From Corynebacterium glutamicum ATCC 13032 (GTDB taxonomy: Bacteria > Actinomycetota > Actinomycetes > Mycobacteriales > Mycobacteriaceae), in the NCBI RefSeq assembly GCF_000011325.1, contig NC_003450.3, forward strand, positions 2,370,001-2,402,000: a DNA stretch of 32,000 bases, in the 5' to 3' direction. The position numbers and the translations under genes were made by a program. Below the pieces are notes generated by a model. It was not told where the DNA came from. It searched no databases and saw only the letters and a program-made list of their open reading frames with translations. Shown here piece after piece: positions 8,697 to 18,838 of the stretch. Each line of letters starts with the position of its first letter. Position 1 is the first letter of the stretch.

Positions 8697-8769
8697 TGCG
8701 CCCTGACGGGCTCGAACCGCCGACCTGCTGGGTGTAAACCAGCTGCTCTTCCAGCTGAGCTAAAGGCGC
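8697..8769 (-). tRNA. tRNA-Val (anticodon TAC)
   Basis: Hand-folded cloverleaf from the minus strand: acceptor GCGCCTT/AGGGCGC, D arm GCTC-AGCTGGAA-GAGC, anticodon arm GCTGG-TTTACAC-CCAGC, T arm GGCGG-TTCGAGC-CCGTC, discriminator A. 73 nt; CCA is not encoded. Confidence 0.93.
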
Positions 8770-8819
8770 GCACGTGCTTTTCTAGAACCACCTTGGTGGC
8801 CTCGAAAGCAACGAGTGAA

Positions 8820-8848
8820 ATACTAACACACAATCTCCACAGACCTAA
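8820..8848 (-). promoter_or_regulatory. Candidate sigma-A promoter for tRNA-Val
   Basis: On the minus strand: -35 TTAGGT (8843-8848), a 17-nt spacer, and -10 TAGTAT (8820-8825) preceded by tgtgt (extended -10 style). It lies ~50 nt upstream of the mature tRNA 5' end. Motif inspection only. Confidence 0.3.
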
Positions 8849-8881
8849 AATCGCTGCTCAGGCCGTGGAAATTAGCGATTG

Positions 8882-9313
8882 TTAAGGCTTCTTGTTTCCA
8901 CGCTGGACGAGGCAAGAACCTTGCCAATTACCGAGACGTTCTGCCTTGGTCTGCACGAGACCTGCCAGTTGAGCTGATTCAGAGATAACTCCAGGAGCCA
9001 GGGCTCCTTCTTTACCAATGCCAGGAGTCAACACCCAGATACGACCATTCTCAGCGAGGGAGCGGATGGAATCCACAAGTCCGTCGACGAGATCGCCGTC
9101 ATCCTCGCGCCACCAGAGCAGCACGACATCGCACAGCTCGTCGGTTTCTTCATCGAGTAGTTCCTCACCGATTGCATCTTCGATGGACTCGCTGATCAGC
9201 GTGTCGGAATCTTCATCCCATCCAATTTCTTGAACGATATGACCCGATTGAATGCCGAGTAGTTGAGCATAATCCTGGGCACCTTGCTTGACTGCGCCCG
9301 GAGCGTCGGCCAC
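8882..9313 (-). CDS. DUF3052-family conserved actinobacterial protein (Rv2239c-type, classically adjacent to aceE)
   Basis: 143-aa acidic ORF (..VQEIGWDEDSD...VVLLWWREDDGDLVD...IWVLTP..). GTG start with AGGAGGA 8-9 nt upstream. Its position next to aceE is conserved synteny in Corynebacteriales. Confidence 0.8.
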   Translation of the reverse strand: MADAPGAVKQGAQDYAQLLGIQSGHIVQEIGWDEDSDTLISESIEDAIGEELLDEETDELCDVVLLWWREDDGDLVDGLVDSIRSLAENGRIWVLTPGIGKEGALAPGVISESAQLAGLVQTKAERLGNWQGSCLVQRGNKKP

Positions 9314-9673
9314 TTTAATAATCCTCCTCGTGTGGGCCCCGATGTGTTTTTCGATTACATGGATTCAACATGAAACCGCGGGGCTATTGATATATCCGAA
9401 TTGCACATTACCGTCCAACCGGTACTTTGAACCACCTTTCCCTGGAATTTTTTCCTTTTCCTCCCCCTTTACGCTCAAGAATCAATGAATTCAATCACTG
9501 GCCAGCGATTAACTTTTCGAGTTTTCAGTCTTGGATTTCCACAATTCTCTTCAAAATAATGGTGGCTAGATTTTTCATCAAACCCTCACCAAAAGGACAT
9601 CAGACCTGTAGTTTTATGCGATTCGCGTCAAACGTGAGAGAAACATCACATCTCGCGGGAAACTACCCGATAA

Positions 9674-9694
9674 TTCTTTGCAAAACTTTGCAAA
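9674..9694. promoter_or_regulatory. Tandem RamB-type operator motifs in the aceE upstream region
   Basis: The sequence ttCTTTGCAAAaCTTTGCAAAg contains CTTTGCAAA twice (9676-9684 and 9686-9694). The segment aaaactttgcaaa (9682-9694) fits the published C. glutamicum RamB consensus A(A/C)AACTTTGCAAA. It lies ~290 nt upstream of the aceE start. Confidence 0.45.
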
Positions 9695-9979
9695 GCGGAA
9701 TGAACATGCAGCTAGTTTCCGTAGAAATGTTCTTTAAAAAATCCACAACAATTGCCAGGAAGCACACCGATTGATGGATACCTGAAATCCCAGTGAGCGC
9801 ACCGCTCCCCTTACGTCACAGTCTGTAAAACAAATCTTCGGTGTTGCGTATCCTTGTTAATAACTTATGCGTTGACTCATTCGTGCACTTCGGCGTGTCA
9901 CAATTAGGTACGACCAAGAATGGGACCGGGAAACCGGGACGTATAAACGAAATAAAACATTCCAACAGGAGGTGTGGAA

Positions 9980-12748
9980 ATGGCCGATCAAGCAAAACTT
10001 GGTGGCAAGCCCTCGGATGACTCTAACTTCGCGATGATCCGCGATGGCGTGGCATCTTATTTGAACGACTCAGATCCGGAGGAGACCAACGAGTGGATGG
10101 ATTCACTCGACGGATTACTCCAGGAGTCTTCTCCAGAACGTGCTCGTTACCTCATGCTTCGTTTGCTTGAGCGTGCATCTGCAAAGCGCGTATCTCTTCC
10201 CCCAATGACGTCAACCGACTACGTCAACACCATTCCAACCTCTATGGAACCTGAATTCCCAGGCGATGAGGAAATGGAGAAGCGTTACCGTCGTTGGATT
10301 CGCTGGAACGCAGCCATCATGGTTCACCGCGCTCAGCGACCAGGCATCGGCGTCGGCGGACACATTTCCACTTACGCAGGCGCAGCCCCTCTGTACGAAG
10401 TTGGCTTCAACCACTTCTTCCGCGGCAAGGATCACCCAGGCGGCGGCGACCAGATCTTCTTCCAGGGCCACGCATCACCAGGTATGTACGCACGTGCATT
10501 CATGGAGGGTCGCCTTTCTGAAGACGATCTCGATGGCTTCCGTCAGGAAGTTTCCCGTGAGCAGGGTGGCATTCCGTCCTACCCTCACCCACACGGTATG
10601 AAGGACTTCTGGGAGTTCCCAACTGTGTCCATGGGTCTTGGCCCAATGGATGCCATTTACCAGGCACGTTTCAACCGCTACCTCGAAAACCGTGGCATCA
10701 AGGACACCTCTGACCAGCACGTCTGGGCCTTCCTTGGCGACGGCGAAATGGACGAGCCAGAATCACGTGGTCTCATCCAGCAGGCTGCACTGAACAACCT
10801 GGACAACCTGACCTTCGTGGTTAACTGCAACCTGCAGCGTCTCGACGGACCTGTCCGCGGTAACACCAAGATCATCCAGGAACTCGAGTCCTTCTTCCGT
10901 GGCGCAGGCTGGTCTGTGATCAAGGTTGTTTGGGGTCGCGAGTGGGATGAACTTCTGGAGAAGGACCAGGATGGTGCACTTGTTGAGATCATGAACAACA
11001 CCTCCGATGGTGACTACCAGACCTTCAAGGCTAACGACGGCGCATATGTTCGTGAGCACTTCTTCGGACGTGACCCACGCACCGCAAAGCTCGTTGAGAA
11101 CATGACCGACGAAGAAATCTGGAAGCTTCCACGTGGCGGCCACGATTACCGCAAGGTTTACGCAGCCTACAAGCGAGCTCTTGAGACCAAGGATCGCCCA
11201 ACCGTCATCCTTGCTCACACCATTAAGGGCTACGGACTCGGCCACAACTTCGAAGGCCGTAACGCAACCCACCAGATGAAGAAGCTGACGCTTGATGATC
11301 TGAAGTTGTTCCGCGACAAGCAGGGCATCCCAATCACCGATGAGCAGCTGGAGAAGGATCCTTACCTTCCTCCTTACTACCACCCAGGTGAAGACGCTCC
11401 TGAAATCAAGTACATGAAGGAACGTCGCGCAGCGCTCGGTGGCTACCTGCCAGAGCGTCGTGAGAACTACGATCCAATTCAGGTTCCACCACTGGATAAG
11501 CTTCGCTCTGTCCGTAAGGGCTCCGGCAAGCAGCAGATCGCTACCACCATGGCGACTGTTCGTACCTTCAAGGAACTGATGCGCGATAAGGGCTTGGCTG
11601 ATCGCCTTGTCCCAATCATTCCTGATGAGGCACGTACCTTCGGTCTTGACTCTTGGTTCCCAACCTTGAAGATCTACAACCCGCACGGTCAGAACTACGT
11701 GCCTGTTGACCACGACCTGATGCTCTCCTACCGTGAGGCACCTGAAGGACAGATCCTGCACGAAGGCATCAACGAGGCTGGTTCCGTGGCATCGTTCATC
11801 GCTGCGGGTACCTCCTACGCCACCCACGGCAAGGCCATGATTCCGCTGTACATCTTCTACTCGATGTTCGGATTCCAGCGCACCGGTGACTCCATCTGGG
11901 CAGCAGCCGATCAGATGGCACGTGGCTTCCTCTTGGGCGCTACCGCAGGTCGCACCACCCTGACCGGTGAAGGCCTCCAGCACATGGATGGACACTCCCC
12001 TGTCTTGGCTTCCACCAACGAGGGTGTCGAGACCTACGACCCATCCTTTGCGTACGAGATCGCACACCTGGTTCACCGTGGCATCGACCGCATGTACGGC
12101 CCAGGCAAGGGTGAAGATGTTATCTACTACATCACCATCTACAACGAGCCAACCCCACAGCCAGCTGAGCCAGAAGGACTGGACGTAGAAGGCCTGCACA
12201 AGGGCATCTACCTCTACTCCCGCGGTGAAGGCACCGGCCATGAGGCAAACATCTTGGCTTCCGGTGTTGGTATGCAGTGGGCTCTCAAGGCTGCATCCAT
12301 CCTTGAGGCTGACTACGGAGTTCGTGCCAACATTTACTCCGCTACTTCTTGGGTTAACTTGGCTCGCGATGGCGCTGCTCGTAACAAGGCACAGCTGCGC
12401 AACCCAGGTGCAGATGCTGGCGAGGCATTCGTAACCACCCAGCTGAAGCAGACCTCCGGCCCATACGTTGCAGTGTCTGACTTCTCCACTGATCTGCCAA
12501 ACCAGATCCGTGAATGGGTCCCAGGCGACTACACCGTTCTCGGTGCAGATGGCTTCGGTTTCTCTGATACCCGCCCAGCTGCTCGTCGCTTCTTCAACAT
12601 CGACGCTGAGTCCATTGTTGTTGCAGTGCTGAACTCCCTGGCACGCGAAGGCAAGATCGACGTCTCCGTTGCTGCTCAGGCTGCTGAGAAGTTCAAGTTG
12701 GATGATCCTACGAGTGTTTCCGTAGATCCAAACGCTCCTGAGGAATAA
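9980..12748 (+). CDS. aceE: Pyruvate dehydrogenase E1 component (homodimeric type)
   Basis: 922 aa from ATG 9980 (MADQAKLGG...); the track's GTG at 9974 is 2 codons upstream. AGGAGG lies 8 nt upstream of the ATG. The ThDP-binding motif [10 protein letters not shown]....[17 protein letters not shown] is present, and the sequence is E1p-like end to end. Confidence 0.97.
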   Translation: MADQAKLGGKPSDDSNFAMIRDGVASYLNDSDPEETNEWMDSLDGLLQESSPERARYLMLRLLERASAKRVSLPPMTSTDYVNTIPTSMEPEFPGDEEMEKRYRRWIRWNAAIMVHRAQRPGIGVGGHISTYAGAAPLYEVGFNHFFRGKDHPGGGDQIFFQGHASPGMYARAFMEGRLSEDDLDGFRQEVSREQGGIPSYPHPHGMKDFWEFPTVSMGLGPMDAIYQARFNRYLENRGIKDTSDQHVWAFLGDGEMDEPESRGLIQQAALNNLDNLTFVVNCNLQRLDGPVRGNTKIIQELESFFRGAGWSVIKVVWGREWDELLEKDQDGALVEIMNNTSDGDYQTFKANDGAYVREHFFGRDPRTAKLVENMTDEEIWKLPRGGHDYRKVYAAYKRALETKDRPTVILAHTIKGYGLGHNFEGRNATHQMKKLTLDDLKLFRDKQGIPITDEQLEKDPYLPPYYHPGEDAPEIKYMKERRAALGGYLPERRENYDPIQVPPLDKLRSVRKGSGKQQIATTMATVRTFKELMRDKGLADRLVPIIPDEARTFGLDSWFPTLKIYNPHGQNYVPVDHDLMLSYREAPEGQILHEGINEAGSVASFIAAGTSYATHGKAMIPLYIFYSMFGFQRTGDSIWAAADQMARGFLLGATAGRTTLTGEGLQHMDGHSPVLASTNEGVETYDPSFAYEIAHLVHRGIDRMYGPGKGEDVIYYITIYNEPTPQPAEPEGLDVEGLHKGIYLYSRGEGTGHEANILASGVGMQWALKAASILEADYGVRANIYSATSWVNLARDGAARNKAQLRNPGADAGEAFVTTQLKQTSGPYVAVSDFSTDLPNQIREWVPGDYTVLGADGFGFSDTRPAARRFFNIDAESIVVAVLNSLAREGKIDVSVAAQAAEKFKLDDPTSVSVDPNAPEE

Positions 12749-12768
12749 ATCACCTCAAGGGACAGATA

Positions 12769-12804
12769 AATCCCGCCGCCAGACGTTAGTCTGGCGGCGG
12801 GATT
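12769..12804. terminator. Bidirectional hairpin terminator between the convergent aceE and ABC ATPase genes
   Basis: Perfect 16-bp stem aatcccgccgccagac (12769-12784) / gtctggcggcgggatt (12789-12804) with loop gtta. The U-tract is poor on both strands, which is common in Actinobacteria. Confidence 0.7.
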
Positions 12805-12824
12805 CGTCGTAAAGCAAGCTCTTT

Positions 12825-13616
12825 TTAGCCGAGGAACGCCTTGTCAGACAATGTTGCGCCCTTGATGTTGGCGAACTCCTGCAGCAAATCGCGCACAGTC
12901 AACTTCGACTTGGTAGCCTGATCTGCCTGGTAGACAATCTGGCCTTCATGCATCATGATCAGGCGATTGCCCAGGCGAATTGCCTGTTCCATGTTGTGCG
13001 TGACCATAAGCGTAGTCAGATTTCCATCTGCCACGATCTTTTCGGTCAAGGTGGTCACAAGCTCTGCACGCTGTGGATCAAGCGCTGCGGTGTGCTCATC
13101 CAACAGCATGATTTTAGGTTGAGTAAAACCAGCCATCAGCAGGGACAATGCCTGACGCTGACCGCCAGAGAGCAAACCAACTTTGGCAGTGAGCCTGTTT
13201 TCCAGACCCAGCTCAAGGCGCTCAAGTTCCTGCTTGAATTGCTCACGGCGCTTCGAGGTCAGTGCAAAGCCCAATCCACGGCGCTTGCCGCGCAGCAACG
13301 CGATGGCCAGATTCTCTTCAATGGTGAGATTCGGCGCGGTGCCGGCCAGAGGATCCTGGAAAACGCGGCCGATGTAGCGGGCACGCTTGTGCTCTGACAT
13401 CTTGTTTACCTTGTTGCCGTCGATGGAAATCTCGCCGGAATCAACAAGCAAACGGCCAGAAACAGCGTTGAGCAGCGTGGATTTACCCGCACCGTTAGAA
13501 CCGATGACGGTGACAAAATCGCCCTCAGCCATATCGAGTTTGAGCTGCTGCAACGCGCGGCGCTCATTCACAGTGCCGGGGAAGAACGTCTTAGAAATTC
13601 CGTTGATGGATAACAT
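12825..13616 (-). CDS. ABC transporter ATP-binding protein (COG1101-type)
   Basis: Walker A GSNGAGKST, signature LSGGQRQ, Walker B IMLLDEHTAALD. It is the third gene of the SBP-permease-ATPase operon. Confidence 0.93.
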   Translation of the reverse strand: MLSINGISKTFFPGTVNERRALQQLKLDMAEGDFVTVIGSNGAGKSTLLNAVSGRLLVDSGEISIDGNKVNKMSEHKRARYIGRVFQDPLAGTAPNLTIEENLAIALLRGKRRGLGFALTSKRREQFKQELERLELGLENRLTAKVGLLSGGQRQALSLLMAGFTQPKIMLLDEHTAALDPQRAELVTTLTEKIVADGNLTTLMVTHNMEQAIRLGNRLIMMHEGQIVYQADQATKSKLTVRDLLQEFANIKGATLSDKAFLG

Positions 13617-13619
13617 GTC

Positions 13620-14510
13620 TTAAGCCTCCACTGCTACTGGTTGCTTAGGCTTCGGTGCCTTGGAGAACTTCGCACGCCACCTCGGCAGCAGCATGGCGAC
13701 AACCACCAAGATCGCAGAAATTGCCTTCATATCGTTGGGGTCAAGGCCAACGCGCAGTGCTGCGAAAATGATCAGGCGGTACGCGATGGCACCGACGATG
13801 ACAGCCAACACAGCCAACCACACGCGACGCTGACCGAAGATGGCCTGGCCCAAAATAACCGATGCGAGACCGATCACGATGAGGCCAATACCCATCGAAA
13901 TATCTGCGAAGCCCTGGTACTGAGCGATGAGTGCACCGGCAAGACCAACAAAACCATTGGACAGGGAGATGGTGAGGATTTTGGTGAAATCCGTTGAAAC
14001 ACCAAAGGACTGCACCATCGGCCCGTTGTCGCCGGTGGATCGCAGCGACAGTCCGATATCAGTGTTGAGGAACCAGATGACGATGAGTCCCAAAATTCCC
14101 ACTGCAACGGCGAGGATCGCCGGGCCTGCCCATGTGCCGAGGAGGCCGGCGTCGCGAAGCGGGGTGAAGAGGTTATCGGTGCGCAACAATGGCACGTTCG
14201 CGCCACCCATGATGCGCAAGTTAACCGACCACAACGCAATCATGGTCAAAATACCTGCGAGCAAACCATCGATCTTGCCCTTGGTGTGCAGCAAACCGGT
14301 GATCATGCCAGCGATAAAGCCAGTAACGAAACCAGCGGCAGTAGCCATAAGGGGAGGCCAGCCAGACATAAGAGCTGTCGCAGCTGTTGCCGCGCCAGTG
14401 GTCAGGCTGCCGTCAACGGTGAGGTCGGGAAAGTTGAGCACACGGAACGTCAAATAGACGCCCAATGCGACAACTCCGTACAACAATCCGAACTCAAAAG
14501 CGCCGATCAT
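13620..14510 (-). CDS. ABC transporter permease (COG4120-type)
   Basis: 296-aa, highly hydrophobic, multi-TM ORF. Its ATG overlaps the TGA of the upstream SBP gene (ATGA), indicating translational coupling. Confidence 0.9.
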   Translation of the reverse strand: MIGAFEFGLLYGVVALGVYLTFRVLNFPDLTVDGSLTTGAATAATALMSGWPPLMATAAGFVTGFIAGMITGLLHTKGKIDGLLAGILTMIALWSVNLRIMGGANVPLLRTDNLFTPLRDAGLLGTWAGPAILAVAVGILGLIVIWFLNTDIGLSLRSTGDNGPMVQSFGVSTDFTKILTISLSNGFVGLAGALIAQYQGFADISMGIGLIVIGLASVILGQAIFGQRRVWLAVLAVIVGAIAYRLIIFAALRVGLDPNDMKAISAILVVVAMLLPRWRAKFSKAPKPKQPVAVEA

Positions 14511-15499
14511 ACGCGTTCGGCCTTATCCAAAATCTCTTGAGGGATCTCCACGCCCTGGCGCTCTGCTGCATCTTCGTTGATCACGTAGGTGAACTCAGTT
14601 GCAGTCTCCACAGGCATGGTTGCTGGGTCTTCGCCGTCCTGCAGAATACGCAGAGCCATCTCACCAGTCTGGCGGCCAAGCTCGGTGTAATCGATACCCA
14701 GGGTTGCCAGTGCGCCACCCTCAACAGTGCCGGACTCAGCGCCGATCACAGGGATCTGCTTCTGCTCAGCAACCTGAACCAGAGAAGAAATACCGGAAAC
14801 AACCATGTTGTCAGTTGGAACGTAGATGACATCAACATCGCCGAGAGCTTCAACAGCCTGCTGAATCTCGTTCACGGTAGTGACAGTCTGAGTATTAACG
14901 GACAGCCCCAGTGGCTCAGCAGCCTTGGTGACCTCATCGACCTGCACCTGAGAGTTGACCTCACCAGACGCGTAGACGATGCCGATGGACTTTGCGTCAG
15001 GAACCAGCTGCTGCAAAAGCTCCAACTGCTGCTCAATCGGTGCGATATCAGAAGTACCGGTGACGTTTCCGCCAGGTGCTTCATTAGAATCCACCAGCTC
15101 TGCCGACACTGCATCGGTAACTGCGGTGAACAGGACTGGGATATCAGTGATATTCTGCGCAGTTGCCTGTGCTGCTGGAGTTGCAACAGCCAACACGAGA
15201 TCCAAATTGTCAGAAGCGAACTGCTGAGAAATAGTCAGTGCAGTGCCCTGCTCGCCGTTAGCGTTTTGCTCATCAAAGGTGACGTCAACGCCTGCCTCTT
15301 CAAAAGCTTCCTTGAAACCAGTGGTCGCTGCATCAAGTGCAGGGTGCTGAACAAGCTGGTTGATGCCAACTCGGTAAGAGTCGCCACCTGCAGCATCAGT
15401 GGAGGTGGAGCTGTCACTGGAATCGCTTGAGCACGAAGCCAACGCCAAGGCGCCAACAGTAAAGATGCTTGCGAGTACCTTCGAACGGGAAGAAAACAT
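14507..15499 (-). CDS. ABC transporter substrate-binding lipoprotein (COG2984-type, substrate unknown)
   Basis: Signal peptide with the lipobox LALASC, followed by a Ser/Asp-rich linker and a periplasmic-binding fold sequence (GINQLVQHPALD...). AAGGAG Shine-Dalgarno sequence upstream of the ATG. Confidence 0.88.
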   Translation of the reverse strand: MFSSRSKVLASIFTVGALALASCSSDSSDSSTSTDAAGGDSYRVGINQLVQHPALDAATTGFKEAFEEAGVDVTFDEQNANGEQGTALTISQQFASDNLDLVLAVATPAAQATAQNITDIPVLFTAVTDAVSAELVDSNEAPGGNVTGTSDIAPIEQQLELLQQLVPDAKSIGIVYASGEVNSQVQVDEVTKAAEPLGLSVNTQTVTTVNEIQQAVEALGDVDVIYVPTDNMVVSGISSLVQVAEQKQIPVIGAESGTVEGGALATLGIDYTELGRQTGEMALRILQDGEDPATMPVETATEFTYVINEDAAERQGVEIPQEILDKAERV

Positions 15500-15783
15500 G
15501 GCACATCTCCTTAAAGTGTTATTTTCAAAAAGGGGCAGACAGCGTCAACACATGTCTCGGATAAAGAACCATATGTGAAATGTCTCATGATTTAAACTAC
15601 TTGTTCTACCAGTCATATGCGCAATTCCCCCTGGATATCCCGCAGGACATGGACAAAATGGGTGGATAGCGGGTGCACCAATTCAATCTTTTAGAGGCCC
15701 TAGACACCGCGGTTTCCTTAATCGATCATTAAAGAGGGATCCTCTCCCCTAACAAACCTCCAAAGACTAGAGTGGGGAACACC

Positions 15784-16584
15784 ATGAACGTTTCCTCAAA
15801 TAAACCCAGTGACTCTGACCGCGAATATCTTCAATCAGAACTCACCCGGCTCGTTGGCCAGGGGCGACTCGATCTAGATACTTACCAAGACGTGGTTGAT
15901 ACCGTTTGGTCTACTGATGATCTAGGCGAGTTGATGAGGATCCGTGCCCGCTTCCTGGGAGGGCCGCAGGTTTCGCAGCAGCGGCCCCAGCAGCCGCCAC
16001 AGCATTATGGACAACCCGGCTACGGCCAATCACCTCAATATCCACCGCAGCAGCCTCCGCATAATCAGCCCGGCTATTACCCCGATCCCGGCCCTGGCCA
16101 GCAGCAACCACCGATGCACCAGCCACCAACGCGTCCAAATCAATATCAGCCTGGCCCACAAGGTGGAATTCCAGTGGGTGGCCATCTGCCACAACCAGGT
16201 GCAGGGCACATGCCGGAACCAGAAACCTCCACGATGGGCTCCATCCAAAAGTCCGGTGAATGGCTCGTTCCTGCATATTCGGCATACAAGCTCAACGGTG
16301 CTGACCTTTTCTTAGATATCCGCCATGCCACCGCGGCTGCTCCTGTCATTACCTTTGATGTCAACATGACCATGGGTTCTATGACGCTGATTGTTCCACC
16401 GGGTGTGTATGTGGAAGTGCAGATGGCTTCCAAGAACTGGTCGGATTTCAAGGTTCAAACAACCAATCCTCTCCCCGGTGCTCCCCGAGTGTTCATCACT
16501 GGTGTTGCACGCGCATCAGGGTTGAAGGTTTTCACCAAGCATCCTCATGAGCCTTTTGGGTTCTGGCAGAAAATGTTTGAGTAG
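15784..16584 (+). CDS. DUF1707 (SHOCT-like) domain protein with a Pro/Gln-rich linker and a LiaF-C-like beta-rich C-terminal domain
   Basis: The N-terminus SDSDREYLQSELTRLVGQGRLDLDTYQDVVDTVW is DUF1707-like. A ~85-aa P/Q/G-rich low-complexity stretch follows. The C-terminal part (GSMTLIVPPGVYVEV...) resembles the LiaF/DUF2154 C-terminal domain. ATG 15784 is preferred over the track's GTG at 15772. Confidence 0.7.
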   Translation: MNVSSNKPSDSDREYLQSELTRLVGQGRLDLDTYQDVVDTVWSTDDLGELMRIRARFLGGPQVSQQRPQQPPQHYGQPGYGQSPQYPPQQPPHNQPGYYPDPGPGQQQPPMHQPPTRPNQYQPGPQGGIPVGGHLPQPGAGHMPEPETSTMGSIQKSGEWLVPAYSAYKLNGADLFLDIRHATAAAPVITFDVNMTMGSMTLIVPPGVYVEVQMASKNWSDFKVQTTNPLPGAPRVFITGVARASGLKVFTKHPHEPFGFWQKMFE

Positions 16585-16611
16585 CCTCGGGCCACGCCCG
16601 AACCAGGTTCC

Positions 16612-17628
16612 TCAGCCCAGCCCGTCCAAAATGTTGCCGATCGCATTATTGAGGATTCCTGGCGCTTCAAGCGGAAGCATATGACCTGCTCCTTCTGCGA
16701 TTTGAAGGCGTGCGCCGGGCCAGACTTCGCAGATGCGGTCGGCTTGGCTAATTGGGGTGACATCATCTAATTCGCCGGCAAGGACGTAGCCTTTGAGGCC
16801 TTCCAATGCTGGTGCGGCATCGAGTTCGTCGTGTTCTTGGAGGTCGTCGAAGAAACCGACGAAGGTATCCAAGGGGGTTTCGTGGATCATGGCGGCGTGG
16901 AAATCGATGACTTCATCGTTTGTGTCTCGTTGGAAGACTGCGGTGGCCAGGGTGGGGGCTAGAAATGTGGTGGCGTATTGGCGGAATTTTTGGGCATCGT
17001 TGGGGGCTGCTTCGACGGCGTTTTTGATGTTGTCGGCAAGGGGTGATGCCAGGACTTGTGGTAGACCTTGGGTGGATAATGATTCGATCGATGTGGCGAC
17101 TAGAACCATGCCGACGATCCTCTTCCGAAGTGAGTGATCTGCCCGTTTAACCAGGTTAAGTGCCGTGAGTCCGCCGAGGGAATGCCCAACCAAAATGAGC
17201 GGGCCGGTCGGTGCGTGTTCGTGGATGGCTGCGAGAACATCGTTCGCTGTTCCTTCGATGGTGCAGAGCTCTGGGCGGATCTGGCCGGTGGCGCCGTGGC
17301 CGCGGGCGTCGATAAGCACGCTTTTAATATTTGGGTAAAAGGTTTGTAGGTAGTCGACCTGCATGTAATACACTTCGGCGGCGAGGGTGAAGCCGTGGAT
17401 GAACACGACCGTTGCCGTGGCATTTTCGGCATGGCCAACCATGTACGTGTGGATGCTGAGGCCGTCGGAGTCCACGATGGTGTGGCGGTCGACGTGTTTT
17501 AGACCCGGGGTACGGTTTTTGCTAAATGCTGCGCCACGCTCCAGGAGGAGTTGCCTGCGACCATTTGGCGTCATCTTTAGCCTTGCTTTATGAGCTTTTC
17601 CCCGCAATGAGCCGCGTTGTGTATCCAT
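16612..17628 (-). CDS. Alpha/beta-fold hydrolase
   Basis: 338-aa ORF with an oxyanion-region HGF, the nucleophile elbow GHSLGG, and a C-terminal GAGH (catalytic His region). Confidence 0.85.
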   Translation of the reverse strand: MDTQRGSLRGKAHKARLKMTPNGRRQLLLERGAAFSKNRTPGLKHVDRHTIVDSDGLSIHTYMVGHAENATATVVFIHGFTLAAEVYYMQVDYLQTFYPNIKSVLIDARGHGATGQIRPELCTIEGTANDVLAAIHEHAPTGPLILVGHSLGGLTALNLVKRADHSLRKRIVGMVLVATSIESLSTQGLPQVLASPLADNIKNAVEAAPNDAQKFRQYATTFLAPTLATAVFQRDTNDEVIDFHAAMIHETPLDTFVGFFDDLQEHDELDAAPALEGLKGYVLAGELDDVTPISQADRICEVWPGARLQIAEGAGHMLPLEAPGILNNAIGNILDGLG

Positions 17629-17667
17629 AAGTCTTAGCCTACAAGCGCTTTGAGGTAGTTTGGGATC

Positions 17668-17961
17668 ATGGATTTCAACGACAAAGCCGCTTCAGAAAAC
17701 GCTGTAAAGACTGGCGCAGAAGGCCCCAACGTTTTCGCGAGCGTGGCCAAGATTTTGCAGGATGTTGGCGGAATTTCAGCCGAAGACGTCACTCCGGAAT
17801 CTCGTTTTACTGAGGATTTGGCAGTGAGCTCACTCAATTACATCGAGTTGATTGTCAATGCGGAGGACGCATTTGGTGTTCGCATTGAGGACGCCGATGC
17901 CAAGGATTTGACCACCGTGCAGGATTTGATTGACTTTATTAACACCAATAAGGCTGATTAG
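17668..17961 (+). CDS. acpM: Acyl carrier protein (AcpM-type)
   Basis: 97-aa acidic ORF with a phosphopantetheine-attachment region (FTEDLAVSSLNYIELIVNAEDAFGV). Its location near aceE parallels the mycobacterial aceE...acpM neighbourhood. Confidence 0.75.
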   Translation: MDFNDKAASENAVKTGAEGPNVFASVAKILQDVGGISAEDVTPESRFTEDLAVSSLNYIELIVNAEDAFGVRIEDADAKDLTTVQDLIDFINTNKAD

Positions 17962-17997
17962 CGGGAAAATTTCGCCCAAAACAGGGACAATGGTGTT

Positions 17998-18825
17998 ATG
18001 ACAGTGAACATTTCATATCTGACCGACATGGACGGCGTCCTCATCAAAGAGGGCGAGATAATTCCGGGTGCAGATCGTTTTCTTCAGTCTCTCACCGATA
18101 ACAATGTGGAGTTTATGGTTTTGACCAACAACTCCATTTTCACCCCGAGGGATCTTTCTGCACGTCTTAAGACTTCCGGTTTGGATATCCCGCCGGAGCG
18201 TATTTGGACTTCTGCAACCGCCACTGCTCACTTCCTGAAATCCCAGGTCAAGGAGGGCACAGCCTATGTTGTTGGCGAGTCCGGTCTGACCACTGCGTTG
18301 CATACCGCGGGTTGGATTTTGACGGATGCAAATCCTGAGTTTGTTGTCCTGGGCGAAACCCGCACATATTCCTTCGAGGCAATCACTACTGCGATAAATC
18401 TGATTTTGGGTGGCGCTCGCTTTATTTGCACCAACCCGGATGTCACTGGACCTTCACCAAGTGGCATTTTGCCTGCTACTGGCTCTGTCGCCGCACTTAT
18501 TACCGCAGCTACTGGCGCTGAGCCTTATTACATCGGCAAGCCAAACCCTGTGATGATGCGCAGTGCGCTGAACACCATCGGGGCGCATTCCGAGCACACT
18601 GTCATGATCGGCGACCGCATGGACACCGACGTGAAATCTGGTTTGGAAGCCGGCCTGAGCACCGTGCTGGTTCGAAGCGGAATTTCCGACGACGCCGAGA
18701 TCCGCCGCTACCCCTTCCGCCCAACTCACGTGATCAATTCCATCGCCGATCTTGCCGATTGCTGGGACGATCCTTTCGGTGACGGTGCATTTCACGTACC
18801 AGATGAGCAGCAGTTCACTGACTAG
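17998..18825 (+). CDS. HAD-superfamily subfamily IIA hydrolase (NagD-like sugar-phosphatase)
   Basis: Motif I is DMDGVL. LTNNS, KPNP and GDRMDTD match HAD-IIA motifs II-IV. Confidence 0.85.
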   Translation: MTVNISYLTDMDGVLIKEGEIIPGADRFLQSLTDNNVEFMVLTNNSIFTPRDLSARLKTSGLDIPPERIWTSATATAHFLKSQVKEGTAYVVGESGLTTALHTAGWILTDANPEFVVLGETRTYSFEAITTAINLILGGARFICTNPDVTGPSPSGILPATGSVAALITAATGAEPYYIGKPNPVMMRSALNTIGAHSEHTVMIGDRMDTDVKSGLEAGLSTVLVRSGISDDAEIRRYPFRPTHVINSIADLADCWDDPFGDGAFHVPDEQQFTD

Positions 18826-18838
18826 TATTCTGTAGGTC

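Noticed and set aside
9633-9650. CRP/GlxR-like half sites, cGTGA-gagaaaca-TCACA, upstream of aceE
   Set aside because: The spacer is 8 nt rather than the 6 nt of the TGTGA-N6-TCACA consensus, and the left half lacks the leading T. It is not convincing without binding data.
9427-9774. 115-aa ORF in the aceE upstream region
   Set aside because: It lies in an AT-rich, low-complexity region with no Shine-Dalgarno sequence and contains the RamB-type boxes. It looks like regulatory DNA, not coding sequence.
10763-12241. 492-aa minus-strand ORF inside aceE
   Set aside because: It is antisense to a full-length, unmistakable E1p sequence. Its translation is low-complexity (V/G/L/D-rich) with no recognisable motifs.
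14465-15430. 321-aa plus-strand ORF antisense to the ABC substrate-binding protein gene. Similar shadow ORFs occur at 25271-26020 (antisense to phoD) and 28063-28830 (antisense to GH15).
   Set aside because: All are antisense to genes with strong family signatures. None has a credible start context or motifs.
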